Below, piece by piece: positions 58,938-64,000 of a DNA stretch of 64,000 nt. The notes under the pieces were generated by a model. It was not told the origin of the DNA. It made no database searches and saw only the letters and a program-made list of their open reading frames with translations. The translations under genes were made by a program, and so were the position numbers. Origin of the DNA: an uncultured bacterium (GTDB lineage: Bacteria; Patescibacteriota; Minisyncoccia; UBA6257; 2-01-FULL-56-20); NCBI GenBank assembly GCA_963807165.1, contig CAWDZM010000001.1, positions 641,471-705,470 of the forward strand. Reading direction: 5' to 3'. How positions within the stretch are numbered: the stretch's first letter is position 1; the number at the start of each line of letters is the position of its first letter.

Positions 58938-59393
58938 ATGAATGATTCCAAACGCATCTGGGTCTGGGTTGGCGTCGCAGTTGTTGTAATCGCACTCGCC
59001 GCATGGCTGATCTGGGGAGTATCGTTAAAGCCAAAGCAGTTGACTGGTCCCGTGCCGGTCTTCGCTCCACAAGGACAACTGACCCCGCAGTTTCCAAAGA
59101 ACTTAATCCTTGATGCACGGGCAGAGGTCAACAGCAGTTATTCCATCGGTTATTCCACGAGCACCAACCAATACACCGCTGAGTGGGTCTCTTCCAGCTC
59201 CCTCGCGACGCTCGACGCCGATTACAAGAATTACTTCGCCGCAAACGGGTGGCAGGTGACGAACAGCAATGCCGTGTCGGCTGTCACCAAGCTCGGCGTC
59301 GTGTATGCCTCGACTTCAACCGCAAATATCAACGTGACCTTGGTCGCCCAGGGCAAAGGCTCAGAAGTGACGATCAGCTACGTGGCGCACTAA
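58938..59393 (+). CDS. membrane-anchored hypothetical protein at end of pilus locus
   Basis: MNDSKRIWVWVGVAVVVIALAAWLIW anchor. The track ORF begins upstream at 58830, inside the previous gene. Confidence 0.45.
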   Translation: MNDSKRIWVWVGVAVVVIALAAWLIWGVSLKPKQLTGPVPVFAPQGQLTPQFPKNLILDARAEVNSSYSIGYSTSTNQYTAEWVSSSSLATLDADYKNYFAANGWQVTNSNAVSAVTKLGVVYASTSTANINVTLVAQGKGSEVTISYVAH

Positions 59394-59575
59394 GGGAGTG
59401 CTATTTAAACATGTTTTGCAAGGCTTTTAGCGGTTTTTCCGCTGATTTGACATATATCTAGAATCCTGCTATACTGATGACAGCATGATCGCAGACCATC
59501 GTGGTCTTGCGTCGACTCGGTTCCATGCGAATCGAGCCACACTTAACAAGTGAATTACGGAAAAAGGAGAAACCC

Positions 59576-61645
59576 ATGCACAGCAGCTCTAATACTGCTT
59601 TGTCGTTTGCGTCCGGGCTGCGTAGCCTGGGCGTCGCCTTAACTCTTCTTGCCATCGCCACCCTCGCAACCACCGGTTGCGGCGGCAGCGGAACCACCGG
59701 AGGTCATGTCCAGACAACCCCGACTATCACGTGGCCTACGCCCGCGGCAATCACCGCTGGCACAGCACTCAGCTCAACACAGCTGGATGCCACGGCAAGC
59801 GTTGCCGGATCGTTCGTCTACACTCCCGCAGCTGGTACAGTGCCCGCAGTGGGAACACAGACGCTTTCGGTAACTTTCACGCCGACGGACACAACGGACT
59901 ACACTTCTGCAAGTGCCACGGTACAAATCGTGGTGAATGCAGTCGTGAAGACAACCCCGACTATCACGTGGCCTACGCCCGCGGCAATCACCGCTGGCAC
60001 AGCACTCAGCTCAACACAGCTGGATGCCACGGCAAGCGTTGCCGGAACGTTCGTCTACACTCCCGCAGCTGGTACAGTGCCCGCAGTGGGAACGGATACG
60101 CTTTCGGTAACTTTCACGCCGACGGACACAACGGACTACACTTCTGCAAGTGCCACGGTGCAAATCGTGGTGAATGCAGTTGTGAAGACCAACCCGACCA
60201 TCACGTGGCCTACGCCCGCGGCAATCACCGCTGGCACAGCACTCAGCTCAACACAGCTGGATGCCACGGCAAGCGTTGCCGGAACGTTCGTCTACACTCC
60301 CGCAGCTGGCACAGTGCCCGCAGTGGGAACGGATACGCTCCTCGCAACCTTCACGCCGACGGACACTACCGACTACAATTCGGTGACGGCCAACGTTACG
60401 TTGACCGTGATTCCGGCGACGCCGACAATTACGTCGATTACGCCACGGTATGTGGTAGCGGATACATTCTCGTATTTTGTGAACTACACGGTTACGGGTA
60501 CGGGATTCCAGAACGGGGATAATGTCCATGACGAAAGCGGAATGTTTACCCCAGATATCAGCCTCGCCGGTTTGGCATCGGGTGCAACAAGCTTTGGGTT
60601 GACGCTTCAGTGGCAGCCAGGTTCTTACGAACCATGGTTTTCCAATTGGGAAGTACAGCATCCGAGCGGTGCGTATGGCAATTCATCAGCCACCGCATTC
60701 TTCGGCTCTGGGAGCCAGAGTACACTCGCAGATTCCGCGTCTACAGGGACAATGTTCCAAGTGGAAGAGAAAACCGGACAAGTTCACCTGTTTAAAACGG
60801 ATGGGACAACAGGAATTCTTTTCCCCATTACGCAAACAGCCACACCCACGGCTATCGCGATCGATGACACTACTGGGGATATTGCCTATCTTTTCACCAG
60901 CAAGAATGACATCGCTGTTTATACCCCGAGTGGAACACGGGTATGTGATGTCACTCCCAATATAGCCTTCGTCTCAAGCATTTCGGCTAAGGGTGGCTAT
61001 ATGGTCTTCACCGACCCGACGGACAACCTTGTTGGTATCGCCAAGATGGACTGCAGTGGGTATCACACGATTCCTGTTACCGGTCAACCCTGGGCAGTCT
61101 CGATGGCGAATAACGGCGGCGTGCCGTATGCCGACGTTATCTCTCGGGATAAAGCATCGGCAAATGGTTTGCCGATGCTCACCGAAGTGAACGTCCTTAC
61201 CGGCGTCACTGCGGGAACAGTGGAGCTTACCGGCTTCACCCCCGTCAGCACTGTTCGTGCGGAGAATGCGTACCAAGGGTTGTATCAAGTGCAGGCATCC
61301 AGCCTGTCGTCGACCGTTGCTGTACTCTCCACATCCGACAACTCCGTGCTGATCATCAACGCCAACACGATGACGATCACGCACACCGTTTCGGTTCCGG
61401 AGATTCCCTTCGGCATTGCCATGCAGGACAGCGCAGACCCAGTGGTATGGGTCGCGTACATCTTGGCAAGCAGTGGCGAAGCAGTGACGCACATCGGCGC
61501 AATTGATTCGACGACGGGGAATTACACCTCCGGCGTCGGCGAGTGCCAGGCGGGCATCCTTGCAGGCGGATTCGTCGCGAACTCCAATGGCGTCTACTGC
61601 GCCATGGGATCAACGATCGCCGCTCCACTTGTTCTTCAACCGTAA
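59576..61645 (+). CDS. surface lipoprotein with three tandem MBG-type (YGX-like) domains and a C-terminal beta-rich domain
   Basis: Lipobox LATTGC. Three 79-aa repeats of ..PTITWPTPAAITAGTALSSTQLDATASVAG.FVYTPAAGTVPAVGT.TLSVTFTPTDTTDYTSASATVQIVV... Good SD AAAGGAG upstream of the Met at 59576. Confidence 0.6.
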   Translation: MHSSSNTALSFASGLRSLGVALTLLAIATLATTGCGGSGTTGGHVQTTPTITWPTPAAITAGTALSSTQLDATASVAGSFVYTPAAGTVPAVGTQTLSVTFTPTDTTDYTSASATVQIVVNAVVKTTPTITWPTPAAITAGTALSSTQLDATASVAGTFVYTPAAGTVPAVGTDTLSVTFTPTDTTDYTSASATVQIVVNAVVKTNPTITWPTPAAITAGTALSSTQLDATASVAGTFVYTPAAGTVPAVGTDTLLATFTPTDTTDYNSVTANVTLTVIPATPTITSITPRYVVADTFSYFVNYTVTGTGFQNGDNVHDESGMFTPDISLAGLASGATSFGLTLQWQPGSYEPWFSNWEVQHPSGAYGNSSATAFFGSGSQSTLADSASTGTMFQVEEKTGQVHLFKTDGTTGILFPITQTATPTAIAIDDTTGDIAYLFTSKNDIAVYTPSGTRVCDVTPNIAFVSSISAKGGYMVFTDPTDNLVGIAKMDCSGYHTIPVTGQPWAVSMANNGGVPYADVISRDKASANGLPMLTEVNVLTGVTAGTVELTGFTPVSTVRAENAYQGLYQVQASSLSSTVAVLSTSDNSVLIINANTMTITHTVSVPEIPFGIAMQDSADPVVWVAYILASSGEAVTHIGAIDSTTGNYTSGVGECQAGILAGGFVANSNGVYCAMGSTIAAPLVLQP
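59714..60424 (+). repeat. 3 x 237-bp near-identical tandem repeats (coding, MBG domains)
   Basis: Units begin at 59714, 59951 and 60188, with >95% nt identity between units. Confidence 0.8.
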
Positions 61646-61659
61646 TTCAAACAAACCTT

Positions 61660-61705
61660 GGCCCGGATCTTCCTAAACAGGAAGCCGGGCCATTCTTTTA
61701 TCTAT
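61660..61705 (+). terminator. terminator hairpin (GGCCCGGatcttcctaaacaggaagCCGGGCC + T-run)
   Basis: 7-bp GC stem with an inner hairpin, followed by ATTCTTTT. Confidence 0.45.
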
Positions 61706-61751
61706 AATTATCCACAACCCCCATTTTCGGCACATCTGTTAGTATTAAGGT

Positions 61752-64000
61752 ATGAAAAATTTAAAGAGATATTATCTGGTGGCCATAGTATCCTTGGTGG
61801 TGGTAGGCGTAGCGGGCGTAGCATTGGCTATTAATAATCCCGGAAATACGTATACCAATACCATCCCGCCCATTATTACTGCGAGTGCCACCCCAAATTC
61901 TTCAGCGAGTACGGTAGAAGTGAGCGGGACCATCACCGGACTCGCAGAGCAGTATGGTCTTTCAGGTGTTTGTGTTTCTCCTAACTTCACCGCCACGGCA
62001 AATATCGCAAGCGGATTAGGAACTACCGGGTGGAGCATTGACTCGACCTCTTTATCGGGAGCATTCGCACCAACCCAAACGCAACAAGGGGTATCTACCA
62101 TACAGTGCTCTCATTTTGATTACTACGGGAATTACTCGACCGAAGATGAAATGTTATCGAATATCAATGCTCTTCCAACGAGCACCAACTCGCGTTATCA
62201 AAATTATGAATATAGTTTTGACTTTCCGGTTGACGTGAGTTCATTGAGCGCAGGAAATTATAACCTGGTGCTCCAGGTGGATTCTTCCGGCGTTGTTGCA
62301 ACGACATCTATTCCCATCACGGTAACAGCCTCTGGCGCAGAATCCTTTACCCCGATGGTGGTATCTCCAACGGCTACGTACGACGCATCAACCCAAACGG
62401 TAGCGTTGGGGGGAACGATAACGGACGGAACGGAAACATTCACTACGCAGGCCGTGTGTGTTGGAACTACGCCGAATGTGTATACCGTGACCGGTCCGCT
62501 CCACCCCGGCGGGTCAACATGGTCTGTCATCAATGCTTCCGGTGCAACGCTTATGAACGGACCTGCTTCGTACGCGCCTGCCACCACTACAAACACTGTC
62601 TTTGGATACGTGTGCCAGGGAACCAGCCGCCAGACAGCGTTGACGGATTCTGATCCGTATTACTTCAACACTTCAATTGATGCCTCCGCTCTTCCCGCAG
62701 GGAGTTATACGTTAAAGGTGGTAACCACTCCTATCTGCGTTCCTTCCTTTGGATCCGCAACTTGTTCGCCAATGCCTCCGGTTGATACCGAGGATGTTCC
62801 GTTCACCGTTCCTTCGCCGAGCGCGCCTTCGTCCACAAACGCAGGGATTATTACGGTGACATCGGAGAATGCGCAAAACCCTTCAGTGTTGGTTCCGGCA
62901 TTGTGGGATCTGGCGGGCAATGTAACAAATACTATAAATGGTATTGTCTGTTCTGCCGCGTCTGCGATTGGCACCACGGGAAATATTTCGTGGAATGGTG
63001 TTCCATGCTCGGGGGAGCGGCAAGTGTACTCAGGGCTTCCTAATAATAGTGATAACTATGTTCTCCCGGACGCCACAACAGCAGTGCCGTATTATTCTTT
63101 TAATTCCATCAAAGAGACTCCGATTGCACAAAAAGAAAATACAAGCATCTTCGGGAAATTAGGAATTTCGTTGGATAATATTTTTAGCACGATTGCTAAT
63201 GCATATGATATTTCTCCCGCAGGCTCACAAACATTAACGGCCACGATTCCGAGTGCTGCGTTTACCATTCTCTGGACTCCGGATGCAGGTATGCAAATCA
63301 ATCCTGCTGCCGTGACACTTGACTCATCCAGTTCGCCAAGTCAAACAATCACAATAACAGATGATGGCGCGCCTGGTTCAACCCTTACGTGGACAGCCTC
63401 AGCAAACACCACGAGCGGTGGCAATTGGTTGAGCGCTCCTTCGGGTGGCTCTGTCTCGTACGGCGCTCCAGGCAGCGCGACTATCTCATATGTTCCGCCA
63501 TCGCCTACGCTTGCGAATGGGATGTATTCCGGGACGGTGACGTTTTCTGGATATGATGCAGCTAGCACGAATAAAGTCGCAACCATCTCAGCTGCTGTGA
63601 CCCTCAACGTCACAAACAGTAGCAATCCCACCAGCACGCCTTCTAGCACTCCGCCGATCATCCCCAATTGCAATTCGACTAGCGTTCCCGTGAATGGAAC
63701 TGTTGATTGCACTCCGGGTGGCGGGCCTGGTCCTGGATATTATTGCACTGTCACCGGCGGAGGAACGGTTGATAGTAATTGCGACTATACCGCGCCGCCG
63801 CAGCCAGGACAGAGCATCATTAACATCTGCTCCACCCAGCCCGGCTATACGAACGACTGCGATTCGACGACGATCACCGTGACGCCGCCGACGTTGCCCG
63901 CGTGCCAATCGTCCAGCTGTCAGGTTTCTTGCGGTCCGCTCACCGCATCACCTGCGCAGATCGTCGTTCCGGAATCGACCGATCTACAGGATAGCTGTTC
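61752..64000 (+). CDS. large secreted/cell-surface protein, 3'-truncated by window edge (>749 codons, no stop)
   Basis: Continuous open frame from the ATG at 61752 to nt 64000. It is absent from the ORF track, presumably because it has no stop. There is an N-terminal signal/TM MKNLKRYYLVAIVSLVVVGVAGVALA. The body is Thr/Ser/Gly-rich with recurring Cys pairs. Confidence 0.6.
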   Translation, partial: MKNLKRYYLVAIVSLVVVGVAGVALAINNPGNTYTNTIPPIITASATPNSSASTVEVSGTITGLAEQYGLSGVCVSPNFTATANIASGLGTTGWSIDSTSLSGAFAPTQTQQGVSTIQCSHFDYYGNYSTEDEMLSNINALPTSTNSRYQNYEYSFDFPVDVSSLSAGNYNLVLQVDSSGVVATTSIPITVTASGAESFTPMVVSPTATYDASTQTVALGGTITDGTETFTTQAVCVGTTPNVYTVTGPLHPGGSTWSVINASGATLMNGPASYAPATTTNTVFGYVCQGTSRQTALTDSDPYYFNTSIDASALPAGSYTLKVVTTPICVPSFGSATCSPMPPVDTEDVPFTVPSPSAPSSTNAGIITVTSENAQNPSVLVPALWDLAGNVTNTINGIVCSAASAIGTTGNISWNGVPCSGERQVYSGLPNNSDNYVLPDATTAVPYYSFNSIKETPIAQKENTSIFGKLGISLDNIFSTIANAYDISPAGSQTLTATIPSAAFTILWTPDAGMQINPAAVTLDSSSSPSQTITITDDGAPGSTLTWTASANTTSGGNWLSAPSGGSVSYGAPGSATISYVPPSPTLANGMYSGTVTFSGYDAASTNKVATISAAVTLNVTNSSNPTSTPSSTPPIIPNCNSTSVPVNGTVDCTPGGGPGPGYYCTVTGGGTVDSNCDYTAPPQPGQSIINICSTQPGYTNDCDSTTITVTPPTLPACQSSSCQVSCGPLTASPAQIVVPESTDLQDSC

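Noticed and set aside
59714-60424. CRISPR array possibility for the regular 237-bp repeats
   Set aside because: The repeats are far too long, have no spacers, and are in-frame coding sequence for MBG domains. No cas genes are in the window.

Overview
This 64-kb window is gene-dense, about 50% GC, and looks like a Patescibacteria/CPR-type bacterium. Supporting features are a short 4-domain S1 protein, several leaderless-looking promoters, many small membrane proteins, an array of VirB2/TrbC-like T4SS pilins with no T4SS ATPases, and a LAGLIDADG nuclease abutting a tRNA. The core genes are rpsA, gyrA, rpsO-NYN-pnp, recA, ftsK, a class-V cysteine desulfurase, clpB, hup, an HD-hydrolase/dcd/thyX-like/tmk nucleotide cluster, an ECF-type sigma/anti-sigma pair, and tRNA-Phe, -Leu, -Arg(?) and -Gly. 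A contiguous ~11-kb type IV pilus/competence locus is present at 47.9-59.4 kb. It is organised as comF(frameshifted)-pilM-pilN-pilO-x-pilB-[ORF6N remnant]-pilT-pilC-pilin-pilD-three minor pilins.

Unusual items:
- Two copies (2643-2779 and 23254-23378) of a ~130-bp palindromic element. Each has perfect 32-38-bp arms and a conserved 61-nt core with three compensatory base-pair substitutions. Both sit just upstream of minus-strand gene starts.
- A conserved AAAGGTCGAGAAA-like 5'-UTR motif in front of six small or abundant protein genes.
- A promoter/terminator-delimited candidate sRNA or small-ORF unit next to rpsO.
- A 27-33-bp perfect palindrome embedded in an ORF6N gene and retained in a decayed ORF6N remnant between pilB and pilT.
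- A tRNA-like 3' element with encoded CCA.
- A >3-kb surface-protein gene shattered by many frameshifts.
- A CIRCE-like inverted repeat on the clpB promoter.
- Three near-identical 237-bp MBG-domain repeats.

Several otherwise conserved genes (xerD-like, comF, one pilin paralog) carry frameshifts, so real pseudogenisation versus assembly error needs checking. Two real ORFs were missed by the ORF track. One is a 52-aa Shine-Dalgarno-preceded gene at 2943-3101. The other is a >749-codon open-ended ORF at 61752-64000.
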